A stretch of DNA of 64,000 nucleotides from Anaerolineales bacterium (GCA_026129255.1 JAHCIJ010000002.1:386234-450233); one strand, 5' to 3'; counted from the first letter of the stretch, positions 27,307-37,519 are shown. Notes: generated by a model from the sequence alone, not told the origin. Program-made: numbers and translations.

Positions 27307-29034
27307 TTATTCTAGCCAGTTTCGCAGTTGCTTGATCGTCCAGGTATTGATGACATCTTTGGGTGTCACCCAGCCGCGGCGCGCTGTGGCTACGCCGTAG
27401 AACAAGAAGTCCATATGGTCTGCGTGATGGGAGTCCGTGTTGATAGAGAGTTTGATGCCCATCTCCACGGCGCGGCGCGCTTGCACATCATCCAGATCCA
27501 GGCGGGCGGGGTTGGCATTGATCTCCAGCGCCGTATCCGTCTCGGCGGCGGCCTTCAGCACTGCGTCCATGTCCAGATCGGCGCCTTCGCGGTCGGGTAG
27601 CTTGCGGTTGGTGGGGTGGCCGATGATGTCCACATGCGGGTGGTGGATGGCGGCCAGCATGCGCTCGGTGATCTGGGCGCGCGGTTGGCGCATGCTCTGG
27701 TGGATCGAGGCCACCACAATATCCAGCGAGGCGAGCACATCATCGGGCAGGTCCAGCGTGCCATCGGCGCGCACTTCCACTTCCACGCCGTGCAGCAGAG
27801 TGAGCTGGTCGCCCATTTCCTTGCGCACCTGCTCGATCTCCTTGCGCTGCTCGAGCACCTTCTCCGGTGTGAGCCCGTTGAGGATGCCGATGGCGGCAGA
27901 GTGGTCGGTCACCGCCAGGATCTTGTAGCCGCGCGCTACGGCGGCCTCAGCCATCTCGCGGATGCTGAGCTGGCCGTCGCTCCAGGTGGTGTGGCTGTGC
28001 AGCTCGGCCTTGACGTGCTTCACTTCGATCAGTTTGGGGAGCTGCTTTTCCAGAGCCAGCTGGATCTCGCCGCGGTCTTCACGGATCTCGGGTGGCACCC
28101 AGTCCATGCCCAGTAGCTGGTAGACCTCTTCTTCGGTAGCGCACAGGATCTCGCTCTCGTCTTCTTTGAGGAAGGACTGGTCAGACAGCGAGAGGCCAAT
28201 GTCCAGCGCCATCTCGCGCAGGCGCACGTTGTGCTCCTTGGAGCCGGTGGCGTATTGCAGCGCGGTGCCGAAGCGGGCCGGCTCGTGCACCCAGATCTGG
28301 CCGCGCATGCCGTTGTGGAACTCCACGCCGGATTTGACCGTGCCGCTGCCGGTGACGCGCGCCACGTTAGGCGCCTCGGTGAAGGCTTGGATGACCTGCT
28401 CCGGGTCGGTGGAGGACACCAGAATATCAATATCGCCGATGCTGGCGCGCATGCGCCGCAGGCTGCCGGCCACCTCGGCGCGCTTCACGCCCTTGACCTT
28501 GCGCAGGCTCTCCAGCAGCTCCTGCGCGAAGGGCCACACCGTGCCCAGCGGCAGGCGGCCGCTGCGGCGGCCGAGCGCCTCGATGCCGGTGAGGATCTTG
28601 GCCTCAGACTTGGCGCCCATGCCGGGCAGGTCACGCAGCTTGCCATCCAGGGCGGCAGCTTTGAGCTCGTCGATGCTCTTGATGCCCAGCTCTTTGTAGA
28701 ACATGGCAATCTTCTTGGGGCCTAGATCGGGGATGCGCAGCAGGCTGGCCAGCTCTTCGGGCACTTCTTTTTTGAGCTTCTCGAGGAAGCTCATCTGACC
28801 GCTGCTGAGCAGCTCGTCGATCTTTTCGGCGATCGCCTTGCCGACGCCGGGGATCTCCAGCAGGGCCTTTTGGCCGCCCTCTTGCCAGATCACGTTGACA
28901 TCACGGCCGAGATTGGTCAGGTTTTCTGAGGCTTTGCGGTAGGCCAGGGTCTTGTAGACCACCTCCCCCTTGATCTCCAGCAGGTTGGCGATCAGCAGAA
29001 AGGTATCGGCCAGCTCTTTATTGGTCATTGGCAT
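27307..29034 (-). CDS. polX: DNA polymerase X family protein with a PHP domain
   Basis: 'ELADTFLLIANLLEIKGE..YKTLAYRKAS', 'GSLRRMRASIGDIDILV', and a C-terminal PHP 'LHSHTTWSDG...DHS'. Likely start at MPMTNKE. Confidence 0.9.
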   Translation of the reverse strand: MPMTNKELADTFLLIANLLEIKGEVVYKTLAYRKASENLTNLGRDVNVIWQEGGQKALLEIPGVGKAIAEKIDELLSSGQMSFLEKLKKEVPEELASLLRIPDLGPKKIAMFYKELGIKSIDELKAAALDGKLRDLPGMGAKSEAKILTGIEALGRRSGRLPLGTVWPFAQELLESLRKVKGVKRAEVAGSLRRMRASIGDIDILVSSTDPEQVIQAFTEAPNVARVTGSGTVKSGVEFHNGMRGQIWVHEPARFGTALQYATGSKEHNVRLREMALDIGLSLSDQSFLKEDESEILCATEEEVYQLLGMDWVPPEIREDRGEIQLALEKQLPKLIEVKHVKAELHSHTTWSDGQLSIREMAEAAVARGYKILAVTDHSAAIGILNGLTPEKVLEQRKEIEQVRKEMGDQLTLLHGVEVEVRADGTLDLPDDVLASLDIVVASIHQSMRQPRAQITERMLAAIHHPHVDIIGHPTNRKLPDREGADLDMDAVLKAAAETDTALEINANPARLDLDDVQARRAVEMGIKLSINTDSHHADHMDFLFYGVATARRGWVTPKDVINTWTIKQLRNWLE

Positions 29035-29162
29035 TATACGCCTAGGCAGTATACGCCGTGTTATAATCCGCTCGCTTCCGGCTGTATTGAGTATGGCGTT
29101 CAAGTGAACGCTTTATTTATGTAAGGCAGGCGGCAGTCCACGATGGAAAGGTGGTGTTAGGT

Positions 29163-29390
29163 TTGCCCAAGGTCGTTCTAAGGCCCGGCGAGTCGCAAGG
29201 CTCTCTGCTCAAGCGCTTTCGTAAGAAAGTGGCCCGCAGCAAGGTATTGAGCACGGTGCGCCGCAAGCGTTGGTTTATTTCTACCAATGAGCAGCGCCGC
29301 ATGGAAAAGCAAAAAGCCATTCGCAAGGCGCAGCGCCGGCTGTCTGGCTGGAAGCCCAAGCCAAGGCCTACTTCATCCGGTTCTGCCTAG
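29163..29390 (+). CDS. rpsU: 30S ribosomal protein S21
   Basis: 'PKVVLRPGESQGSLLKRFRKKVARSKVLSTVRRKRWFISTNEQRRMEKQKAIRKAQRR'. Probable TTG start at 29163; the ORF track starts at 29151. Confidence 0.85.
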   Translation: MPKVVLRPGESQGSLLKRFRKKVARSKVLSTVRRKRWFISTNEQRRMEKQKAIRKAQRRLSGWKPKPRPTSSGSA

Positions 29391-29404
29391 TCTTAACCAA
29401 AACG

Positions 29405-29432
29405 AAAGCGACCCCGCAAGGGGTCGCTTTTT
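29405..29432 (+). terminator. rpsU terminator
   Basis: AAAGCGACCCC-GCAA-GGGGTCGCTTTTT. Confidence 0.75.
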
Positions 29433-29444
29433 GTGTCCTTAAGC

Positions 29445-29475
29445 AAAAGAGCGGGGCATTGCGCCCCGCTCTTTT
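29445..29475. terminator. Bidirectional hairpin terminator
   Basis: AAAAGAGCGGGGC-ATT-GCGCCCCGCTCTTTT, with A-tract and T-tract flanks. Downstream of the minus-strand gene 29501..29848. Confidence 0.7.
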
Positions 29476-29500
29476 GTATAAATGCGAAGCTAATGAAACG

Positions 29501-29848
29501 TTAGGGCATGACCCATTCGTAGGCCGTCTTGAGAAGCATACCGGCTGCGCCAGCGGCGGCGGCGGTAGCCGCACCACTCAGCAGGCCAGCAACGATGCCG
29601 CCCAAGATGTCAACGAACAGGCTGCCAGCGCCGGCCCAGAAAGCGCCCAACGCCAAGGCAGCGACCAGGAAGCCGGTCTTGTCCTTCATGCTGCTCAGGT
29701 GCAGAATGCCACCCAGGAAGGCTGCAGCTTGGGCTACGGTCGCCAGGATCTCCGGCAACCCCATCCCCAGCGCCCCAGCTAGGCCCCAAATGAGGGCCAA
29801 CGCGAGACCAACGATCCAAAGCCACTTACCAATGTTTCCAAGATCCAT
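29501..29848 (-). CDS. Small integral membrane protein (hypothetical)
   Basis: Four hydrophobic Gly/Ala-rich segments. No motif. Confidence 0.5.
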   Translation of the reverse strand: MDLGNIGKWLWIVGLALALIWGLAGALGMGLPEILATVAQAAAFLGGILHLSSMKDKTGFLVAALALGAFWAGAGSLFVDILGGIVAGLLSGAATAAAAGAAGMLLKTAYEWVMP

Positions 29849-30021
29849 CTTTCTCTCCTTGAGACAGATGAGTGCGACAACCGCCGCTCACAGATTACAA
29901 CCCCTGCACATGTGTGCAGGTTGCTCGGTTTTGGCTATTGTGAAATAGAGAGCGGATTTTTGTGCTGTTTTTCACGTTTAGTGCGGAGTATCATGTGGGA
30001 AGGTTTAGACTGGAGAGAACC

Positions 30022-30705
30022 ATGCTGAAGAAAATTTCTTTCATAGTATTGTTGGGCTCGATCCTCGCCGCCTGCACACGCGTACCAGACGGCGGCTACC
30101 CCGGCCGCTATCAGGCCAACCTGGATCCCCAAGTTCTTATCCTCTGGCTGGACAGCAACGGCAACGCCACGCTGTCGCAAGACGCGGGCAACGGCCAGGC
30201 GCCGCAGGTGGACGAAGGCCGCTGGGTCGGCAGCGAGGACTCGCTGGATCTCACTTTTAACGCGGGCGTGCTCACCTTTGGCCGTGAGGATGACGACTCG
30301 CTTACGCTGGTGGATGACATCAACGGCATCGCCCCAGCAGGCGTGGCGCTGCAGCCCACCACGGCGCTGATGGACACGCGCTGGGTGTGGTTGCAGACTG
30401 TAGCCAACGGGCAGAGCACCCGACCCAGCACGCAGGACGCGTTTGTGCTGACTTTCAATGATCTGGGCTTTGCCAACATGGAGACAGACTGCAATGGCGG
30501 CAGCGGTTCGTTTGTGGTTGCCGCGCGGCGTGGGCTGAGCTTCCCCATGATCGCCACCACAATGATGTTCTGCGAATCCTCCAATGAGGGCGATTTCTAC
30601 GCCCAGTTGGGCCTGGTCGAAAGCTGGTCGCTCACTGCTGATGGTGTGCTGGAGCTGCACTTGGGCGGCGACGGCGGCACGATGGAATTCTCGCCTGAGG
30701 CGTAG
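30022..30705 (+). CDS. META-domain (HslJ-like) lipoprotein
   Basis: 'MLKKISFIVLLGSILAAC' lipobox. 'TDCNGGSGSF...MIATTMMFC' META-type pattern. Confidence 0.75.
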   Translation: MLKKISFIVLLGSILAACTRVPDGGYPGRYQANLDPQVLILWLDSNGNATLSQDAGNGQAPQVDEGRWVGSEDSLDLTFNAGVLTFGREDDDSLTLVDDINGIAPAGVALQPTTALMDTRWVWLQTVANGQSTRPSTQDAFVLTFNDLGFANMETDCNGGSGSFVVAARRGLSFPMIATTMMFCESSNEGDFYAQLGLVESWSLTADGVLELHLGGDGGTMEFSPEA

Positions 30706-30725
30706 CCTACGGCTGAGTAGATATC

Positions 30726-30974
30726 ATGCTGGAACTTCGTCCCAACTGTGAGTGCTGCAATACTGACCTGCCGCCGGAGGCGGAAGCGTATATCTGCTCC
30801 TTTGAGTGCACCTTCTGCGCCGCGTGCGCGCACGACAAGCTGAAGCTTGTGTGTCCCAACTGCGGCGGTGGTTTTGTGCGCCGCCCGGTACGGCCAGCGC
30901 ACAAGCTGCTGCAGTACCCGGCTTCGACTCAGCGCGTCTATAAGCCGAAAGGCTGTGCGGCCAAGGCCGCTTAG
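30726..30974 (+). CDS. DUF1272-family zinc-ribbon protein
   Basis: 'MLELRPNCECCNTDLPPE...CSFECTFCAACA...CPNCGG'. Confidence 0.8.
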   Translation: MLELRPNCECCNTDLPPEAEAYICSFECTFCAACAHDKLKLVCPNCGGGFVRRPVRPAHKLLQYPASTQRVYKPKGCAAKAA

Positions 30975-31009
30975 CTGCTCCTGCTTCCTTTTATTACTCT
31001 GGAGTCACC

Positions 31010-31897
31010 ATGGGTAACACCTTTTTGTATGTCATTCCGGTATTAATTTGGGGTTCCACTTGGCTGGCGATCAAGTTCCAGCTGGGCACAGTGCCGCCCG
31101 AGCTTTCTGTGGCATACCGTTTTCTGCTGGCTGCGCTGATACTGTTTGTCTACAGTAAGTGGCGCGGGCTTAATTTGCGTTTCTCGCGCAGCGAGCATCT
31201 CTTTATGGCCTTGCAAGGCCTGCTGCTGTTCTCGCTCAACTATGTGATGGTGTACTTCGCCGAGCTGTATGTCACCAGTGGCTTGGTGGCGGTGCTGTTC
31301 TCGGCCCTGATCATTCTCAATGTCCTGTTCGGCGCCCTCTTCCTGCGCAGCCCAGTTAGCAGCCGTGTGCTGCTGGGGGCATTCGTGGGCGTGCTTGGCG
31401 TTGCCCTGATCTTTTGGCCGGAGGTGGCCAGTCTGCAGATCGAGGGTATGCGACTGCTGGGTATCACCCTCGGCATATTGGCCGCTTTGTGCGCCTCGCT
31501 GGGCAACATCGTGTCGGCGCGCAACCAGCGCGCCGGCTTGCCGGTCATTCAGGCCAATGCGTATGGCATGCTCTACGGCTCGCTGGCCACGTTGGTGTTT
31601 GCCTTAGTGCGCGGAGTGGATTTTATTTTTGACCCCTCCCTTGGCTATGTTGGCGCACTGCTGTATCTGGCCGTGTTTGGCTCGGTTATCGCCTTCGGCA
31701 GCTACCTGACCCTGCTCGGCCGCATCGGTGCAGACCGAGCCGCGTATGTGAACGTAATGGTGCCCATGATCGCACTGGCGCTCTCGGTGGTGTTTGAGGG
31801 CCTCCAGCTTGGTGTGGTTGAGTTCGCCGGTGTGGCGTTGGTGCTACTGGGCAATGTCATCGTGGTCGGGCGCCGCCAGCGCGCTGCGGGCGCATAA
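31010..31897 (+). CDS. EamA/DMT-family transporter
   Basis: Ten-TM profile. 'IWGSTWLAIK' and duplicated EamA halves. Confidence 0.85.
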   Translation: MGNTFLYVIPVLIWGSTWLAIKFQLGTVPPELSVAYRFLLAALILFVYSKWRGLNLRFSRSEHLFMALQGLLLFSLNYVMVYFAELYVTSGLVAVLFSALIILNVLFGALFLRSPVSSRVLLGAFVGVLGVALIFWPEVASLQIEGMRLLGITLGILAALCASLGNIVSARNQRAGLPVIQANAYGMLYGSLATLVFALVRGVDFIFDPSLGYVGALLYLAVFGSVIAFGSYLTLLGRIGADRAAYVNVMVPMIALALSVVFEGLQLGVVEFAGVALVLLGNVIVVGRRQRAAGA

Positions 31898-31899
31898 CT

Positions 31900-32025
31900 T
31901 TAGGGCTAAAACCCTCACCCTGTTGGAATTAATTGTCGTGATGGCCTGCGTGCTCCCCTCTCCCTTAGGGAGAGGGGTACGCAGCGAAGCTGCGTGGGGT
32001 GAGGGTGTTGAGCCGTAGCCCTCTA
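31900..32025. repeat. Nested palindromic intergenic element
   Basis: CCCCTCTCCC-TTA-GGGAGAGGGG (31955-31977), ACGCAGC-GAA-GCTGCGT, and outer arms CCCTCACCC / GGGTGAGGG. Lies between convergent genes. Confidence 0.7.
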
Positions 32026-32041
32026 GCCAACCAGTTAGTAT

Positions 32042-32536
32042 TTACCGCTTCCCTTTCGGCAACCAGCGCGGCACGGCCGCCTTGTACTCGCGATACGCCT
32101 CGCCAAAGCGCTGTTCCAAGCCCGGTTCCTCGGAATATATAAAGTAGACATGGTTGAGCAACACAACCGCAAGAAACCACAGACCCACGGCTTGAGAATT
32201 GAAGTACAGCGCCTCGCCCAGCAACATGGCGGCTACGCCGCTGATCATGGGATTGCGCACATAGCGGTAGGGGCCAACCGCCACCAGCGCCTGGGTCGGG
32301 TCCCATGGCGCCAGCGTGCCGCGGCCCACGCGGGCGAACAGCACCACGCACCAGCCGAACAGGCAGAGGCCAGCGGCAAACACCAGCACGCCGGCTACCT
32401 GTTGCCACAGCGTCGGCAGACCCCTATCGAATTGACCCAACAGATATGCGGGAACAACTACCGTGACTACAAAAGGCAGCAGTAGGATGGCGAGTAGGTG
32501 ACGCCGGAACACGAACCCAAGCATAGTTACTGACAA
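32042..32536 (-). CDS. Isoprenylcysteine carboxyl methyltransferase (ICMT)-family membrane protein
   Basis: 'GPYRYVRNPMISGVAAMLLGEAL...EEPGLEQRFGEAYREY'. Confidence 0.8.
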   Translation of the reverse strand: MSVTMLGFVFRRHLLAILLLPFVVTVVVPAYLLGQFDRGLPTLWQQVAGVLVFAAGLCLFGWCVVLFARVGRGTLAPWDPTQALVAVGPYRYVRNPMISGVAAMLLGEALYFNSQAVGLWFLAVVLLNHVYFIYSEEPGLEQRFGEAYREYKAAVPRWLPKGKR

Positions 32537-32946
32537 CTCTTACAAATGCCATCAATAACAAGATGATCCATGTCTATCTTGTATGCGTAGCTGGAAGCCA
32601 ACTGCTCAAAGAAGCTGGATGTAGTTGCTGCATTCAAAGTAACCATGCTGCCGCACACCCGGCAGCGCAGATGATGGTGAGGTTGAGTGTTGGCAATTTC
32701 ATACACCTTGCGCCCCTGATCCATTGCCATCACAACCAGGCCAGTCTCAACAAACACTGCGAGTGAGCGGTAGACCGTGGATGCGTTTAAGCTGGGGTCG
32801 AGTTTGCTGACGTGCAGAAGGATCTTTTCGATTGGCGCGTGACTGCCCGCGGCGCACACGGCATCCAACACTGCCTGGCGTTGTGAAGTAACCCGGTATC
32901 CTGCAGCGTGCAACTCTTCCAGATAATTGAGTTGGTTATGGCTCAT
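32527..32946 (-). CDS. Fur-family metalloregulator (Zur/Fur-like)
   Basis: 'YRVTSQRQAVLDAV...STVYRSLAVFVETGLV...HHHLRCRVCG...CKSC'. The ORF could extend to 32970. Confidence 0.85.
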   Translation of the reverse strand: MSHNQLNYLEELHAAGYRVTSQRQAVLDAVCAAGSHAPIEKILLHVSKLDPSLNASTVYRSLAVFVETGLVVMAMDQGRKVYEIANTQPHHHLRCRVCGSMVTLNAATTSSFFEQLASSYAYKIDMDHLVIDGICKSCQ

Positions 32947-33026
32947 ATGCCTTCCTGCAAGTTTTCGCATTAAGGATGATTGTGAATATGCCTCAGTATA
33001 CTGCCAGCCATTAAGGACTGGCAGCT

Positions 33027-34022
33027 ATGATATTCAATCCCAAGCACAAGGCGTCTCACCACACTCACCATACTGAACCTCGCACATTGTGGGGGAAGAT
33101 TGCTGCAATACTACACCTTCCGGGCCATACTCACTCCCACGCAGCGATTGGCAGCCAGGATGCGATGTTCCGAAGCGAGCTGGGCGTGCGAACAGTAAAA
33201 CAGGCCTTGCTGCTGCTTGGGCTCACAATGCTTTTGCAAGTCATTGTTTATGTTTTTAGCAACAGTGTTGCCCTTTTAGCGGATACCGTGCACAACCTTG
33301 GTGATGCGCTCAACTCAATCCCCTTGTTATTTGCATTCATGCTAGCGCGCCGAGCTGCGACCCGCCAATACACGTATGGTTATGGGCGCGCGGAGGATAT
33401 TGCTGGCCTGTTAATTATTGTGTCTATTGCTTTTAGCGCAGGCTACATCTTTTATGAGGCCATTCATAAGATACTGAGCCCGCAACTCATAACTTATGGG
33501 GGCTGGGTCGTGCTCGCAGCGCTGATCGGTTTTGCCGGTAATGAAGCTGTTGCCAGTCTGCAAATCCGCGTAGGCAAGCAAATTGGCTCCGAGGCCATGA
33601 TCGCGGATGGGCGGCATGCGCGTGTAGACGGGTTAACCTCGCTCGCCATTATTCCGGCAGTTGTTGGCAGTTGGCTGGGGTGGCCAATTCTTGACCCGCT
33701 GTTTGGCCTGCTGATCGCGGTGGCGATTTTGTTCATCACCTGTGATGCAGTTAGGGCGATGTGGTATCGCCTGATGGATGCGGTTGACCCTCACCTGGTT
33801 GACCACGCCGAGCTCGCGCTGGAATCTGCTGACGAGGTGACCCAAATCAAGTCCTTGCGCATGCGCTGGGTCGGGCACTCGCTTCACCTTGTCGCAGAGT
33901 TGGAGCTTGCGTCAGGCACCCCTTTTGAGCGCGTGACGAGCATCCGCCAGCAGGCAGTCAAGGCGCTCAAACATGAAGTGCCGTTCCTTGACGAGATTGT
34001 GCTTTCGTTCGTGCCGGGCTAA
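33027..34022 (+). CDS. Cation diffusion facilitator (CzcD/ZitB-like) efflux protein
   Basis: His-rich N-terminus, 'LLADTVHNLGDAL', 'ADGRHARVDGLTS', and a C-terminal cytoplasmic domain. Confidence 0.85.
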   Translation: MIFNPKHKASHHTHHTEPRTLWGKIAAILHLPGHTHSHAAIGSQDAMFRSELGVRTVKQALLLLGLTMLLQVIVYVFSNSVALLADTVHNLGDALNSIPLLFAFMLARRAATRQYTYGYGRAEDIAGLLIIVSIAFSAGYIFYEAIHKILSPQLITYGGWVVLAALIGFAGNEAVASLQIRVGKQIGSEAMIADGRHARVDGLTSLAIIPAVVGSWLGWPILDPLFGLLIAVAILFITCDAVRAMWYRLMDAVDPHLVDHAELALESADEVTQIKSLRMRWVGHSLHLVAELELASGTPFERVTSIRQQAVKALKHEVPFLDEIVLSFVPG

Positions 34023-34997
34023 TCAACTCTCGTCGAGGGGCTGCCCCAGTGCCGCGGGGGGCGCGGCTTGCAGCAGGCTGCGCAACGGCCGCCGCAAGGC
34101 GGCCGGCGCCCGCGCCAGCAGCGGCGCGGCCAGTTTGCCGCTTACCAGCAGCAGGACGACAATCATCAGCAGCCACGGGATGGCGTTAAAGGCCACCAGC
34201 GCTACCTGCGGGAAGCTGCGCTGCAGTAGGGTGGCCAGCGCCTTGGTGGCGCCGAACAGCAGCGCGCCGATGGCGCCGCGCACCGGCGACCAGCCGCCAA
34301 AGATGACGATCGCCAGCGCGATCCAGCCCATGCCGCGCGTGTGCCCCTCGGCCCAGCCGATCTTGACACTCAGCGAATAGGCTGCGCCCGCCATGCCCAC
34401 CAGAGCGCCGCCCAGGATGGCATACAGGTAGCGCAGCTTGCGCACTGCCACCCCGCGGCTGAAGGCAGCCTCGGGTCGCTCGCCGGCGCTGCGCAGCTCC
34501 AACCCGGCCCGCGTGCGGAACAAGAACCACCAGGTGACCAATACCAATAACAACGCGAAGTACACCACCGCATCCTGCCGGAAGAAGATTGGCCCAAGCA
34601 CCGGGATGTCCTTGAGGAGTGGAATGTGCCAGCTGGGTACGCTCGGCCCTGGCAGGCGTGTGTAGCTCTGGCCGAGGAAGGCGCTCAGGCTGTCACCCAG
34701 CATGGCCAGCACAAAGCCGATCGCCACCTGGTTTTGGCGCAGGTGCAGGCTGCCAAACGCCACGATGGCGGCGAACAGCGCACCCACGGCCGCGGCAGCC
34801 AGGAAGCCGAGCAGCAGGCTGCCGGTCAGCAGGGCGGCCACAAAGCCCGCCAACGCCGAGAGCAGCAAGCTGCCATCCATGGAGAGGTTAATCACTCCGG
34901 CGCGCTCGCTGATCGTCTCGCCGCACACGGCGATGATGAGCGGCGCGGCCTGCAGCACGATCGAGCCCAGGATGGCGATGAGTTGCGTACTATCCAT
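34023..34997 (-). CDS. ABC transporter permease (BMP/nucleoside-type, second permease)
   Basis: Multi-TM protein in an operon with a BMP-family binding protein and a double ABC ATPase. Confidence 0.85.
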   Translation of the reverse strand: MDSTQLIAILGSIVLQAAPLIIAVCGETISERAGVINLSMDGSLLLSALAGFVAALLTGSLLLGFLAAAAVGALFAAIVAFGSLHLRQNQVAIGFVLAMLGDSLSAFLGQSYTRLPGPSVPSWHIPLLKDIPVLGPIFFRQDAVVYFALLLVLVTWWFLFRTRAGLELRSAGERPEAAFSRGVAVRKLRYLYAILGGALVGMAGAAYSLSVKIGWAEGHTRGMGWIALAIVIFGGWSPVRGAIGALLFGATKALATLLQRSFPQVALVAFNAIPWLLMIVVLLLVSGKLAAPLLARAPAALRRPLRSLLQAAPPAALGQPLDES

Positions 34998-36060
34998 CGC
35001 TCAGCCTCCGGCGTGCCGCTTGCGCAGCGCGCAGCACAACGCGCTGCACGCGGGTGTAGTTGCCAAACAGCAGCACCAGCAAGACCAGCACGCCGGTGAG
35101 AATATCGCCCAGCGCCGAGTGCAGCTGCGTGCGCAGTTGCAGAGTGATGCTGCCGTTGAGCACGGCTGAGAAGAAGAACGCCACTAGCGGCGTGAGCACC
35201 AGCCGGAAGCCCGCCAGCAGCACCACCATCAGCGCCAGATAACCGATACCGCCGGAGATGCTCTGGCGCAGGCTGTCAAACCAACTCAGCACGCGCACCC
35301 CGCCGCCCAACCCGGCCAGTGCACCACACAGCGCCATGGCCAGTAGCAGCTCGCGCTGGCTGGAGACGCCCAGCAGGAACGCCGAGCGTGCATTTTGCCC
35401 GAGCGCCTTGAGGCGCAGCCCCCAATGGCTATTGGTCAGCAGGAGCGCTACGCCCGCAAACGCCAAAACTGCCAGCGCCAGCGAGAGCAGGCTGAGGCGC
35501 GAGTTATCGAACAAGGGCAGCAGCGCGTGCGCGCCGAAGGGTTGCGTGCCGCGGAAGCTGCCGCCCTCGGGCGGCTGCCAGGGGCCAGCGATCAGGTAAT
35601 TGGTGAACAGGATCGCCAGATTGTTAAGCGCCAGCCCGCCAAAGATCTCGTGCACGCCGCCGCGCGTCTTCAGCACGCCCGCCAGCAGCGCCCACACCGC
35701 GCCGCCCGCCATGGCGGCCAGCAGCTCCAGCGGGATCTGCAGCCCGGCCGGCAGCTGCACGCGCAGGGCGACCCAGCTGGCGGCGATGGCGCCCATAATG
35801 ATCTGGCCCTCAATGCCAATGTTCCACAAACCGGCTTTGAAGGTCAGCAGCAGCCCGCTGGCCGCCAGCAGTAGCGGCACTAGGAAGGCCAGCACGCTGT
35901 AGATGCGTGCGCTGCTGCCAAAAGCGCCCTGCCACATGGCGAGGTAGGCATCGATCGGGTCGGTGCCCATGACCACCAGCAGCAGCGTGGTGATGAGCAG
36001 AGCGGCCAGCCCGGGTAGCAGCGGCCAAATGCGCTGCAGGAAGGATGGCTTGGCGCTCAC
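34990..36060 (-). CDS. ABC transporter permease (BMP/nucleoside-type, first permease)
   Basis: The probable GTG start (VSAKPSFLQRIW) overlaps the ATPase stop (GTGA). The longer ORF to 36249 is Arg-rich junk. Confidence 0.8.
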   Translation of the reverse strand: MSAKPSFLQRIWPLLPGLAALLITTLLLVVMGTDPIDAYLAMWQGAFGSSARIYSVLAFLVPLLLAASGLLLTFKAGLWNIGIEGQIIMGAIAASWVALRVQLPAGLQIPLELLAAMAGGAVWALLAGVLKTRGGVHEIFGGLALNNLAILFTNYLIAGPWQPPEGGSFRGTQPFGAHALLPLFDNSRLSLLSLALAVLAFAGVALLLTNSHWGLRLKALGQNARSAFLLGVSSQRELLLAMALCGALAGLGGGVRVLSWFDSLRQSISGGIGYLALMVVLLAGFRLVLTPLVAFFFSAVLNGSITLQLRTQLHSALGDILTGVLVLLVLLFGNYTRVQRVVLRAAQAARRRLSDG

Positions 36061-37519
36061 GCTGCACCGCCGATGAGGTGGCCGAGCTCGTCGGCATCCG
36101 TTTGGGCGGCGGCCACCGTGCGCACCAGCCGCCCGCCGGAGAACACGGCGATCTGGTCGCTGCGGGCGGCGACCTCGTCCAGATCGGCCGAGATGAAAAT
36201 AATGGCTGTTCCCGTGGAACGGCGTGCATCCAACTGCTCCCAGATCCAATCGGTAGAGCGAATGTCCAGCCCGCGTGTTGGATGTTCCATCAAGATCAAG
36301 GTCAAGTCCTTGGGCAGCATGGCAAACAGAAAGCGTTGCTGGTTACCGCCGGATAGATTTTCAATATACGACTCCGGCTGGCCCACCACCTGATAGGTGG
36401 TAATGTGCTCGGCTGCCTGTTGGCGACTGTGCGCCCAATCCACCAGCAGTCCGTGGGCTTTGTTGACCAGCGCCATGTGCTCGGTCAGGGTCAGCCCGGC
36501 CACCAGGCCTTCTTCCAGGCGGCCTGCTGCCAGATAGGCGACGCCGTGCCGGCGCGCCGTGGGGTAATCCCAGTGGAGCTGCGCGCTTGTGCCGTTGAGC
36601 TGCAGGCGGCCCGCCGCAAGCGGCAGCAGCCCGGCGCAAGCGCGCAGCAGCAGCTCCTGGCCGCTGCCCTCCAGCCCGGCCAGGCCAAGCACTTGCCCGG
36701 CCTGCACTTGCAGGCTCACGGGCTCAAGCTCCAGCCGCGTGCTGCGTACGGAGACAGCTTGCAGCTCCAGCACAGTCTCAGTTTGTGTGGTGTTGCGGCG
36801 CGCCGGGCGCGGCGGCAGCTGCTCGAACATCAGCGCTACCAGTTCCGGGTTGGGGCAGGGCAGGCTGCGCCCGCCCACGTGGCGGCCTTTGCGTAGCACA
36901 TAGGCATAGTCGCACAGCTCTTGCACTTCATCGAGCTTGTGCGAAACCAGAATGAGGGTCTTGCCTTCTTCGCGTGCCAGGGTGCGCATGGAGTCAAACA
37001 GCAGCTCTTTCTGCTCGGCGCTGATGCCGGTAGTAGGCTCATCGAGGATCAATACGTGCGCGCCGCCCGCCAACAGGCGCAGCAACTCCAGCTGCTGGCG
37101 CTCGCCCATGCTCAGGTCGTCGATACGTTCGTGGGGATCTACTTCAAAGCCGTAGCGCTGGGCCAGTTGCACCAGCGCCGCGGCTGCCTGCCGTGCGCTG
37201 CGCCATCCGACGCACGCCCAAGCAGAAAGTTCTCGAGCACGGTGAAGACGGGCACATCCAACGGCTCCTGGTACAGCATGCCCACACCGGCGGCCAGCGC
37301 CTGGCGCGGTGAGGCAAAGTGTTGGGGCGCACCATCAAGCACGATCTGGCCGCTGTCTGGCCGCTGATAGCCAGACAGGATCTTCATCAGTGTGCTTTTG
37401 CCCGCGCCGTTCTCACCCAGCAGGCCGTAGATGCGGCCAGGCTCAAAGTGCAGTGTGATGTCCTCATTGGCGGCCAGGCTGCCAAAGCGCTTATCGATGT
37501 TGTTGAGTGTTACCTGCAT
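36057..37519 (-). pseudogene. Double-domain ABC ATPase of the BMP operon, interrupted by a 1-nt frameshift near 37200
   Basis: The N-terminal ORF (37139..37519) has Walker A 'GENGAGKST'. The reading 'ENFLLGRASDG' continues in another frame as 'SARQAAAALVQLAQRYGFEVDP...LSMGERQQLE...LILDEPT' (36057..37172). Confidence 0.8.
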
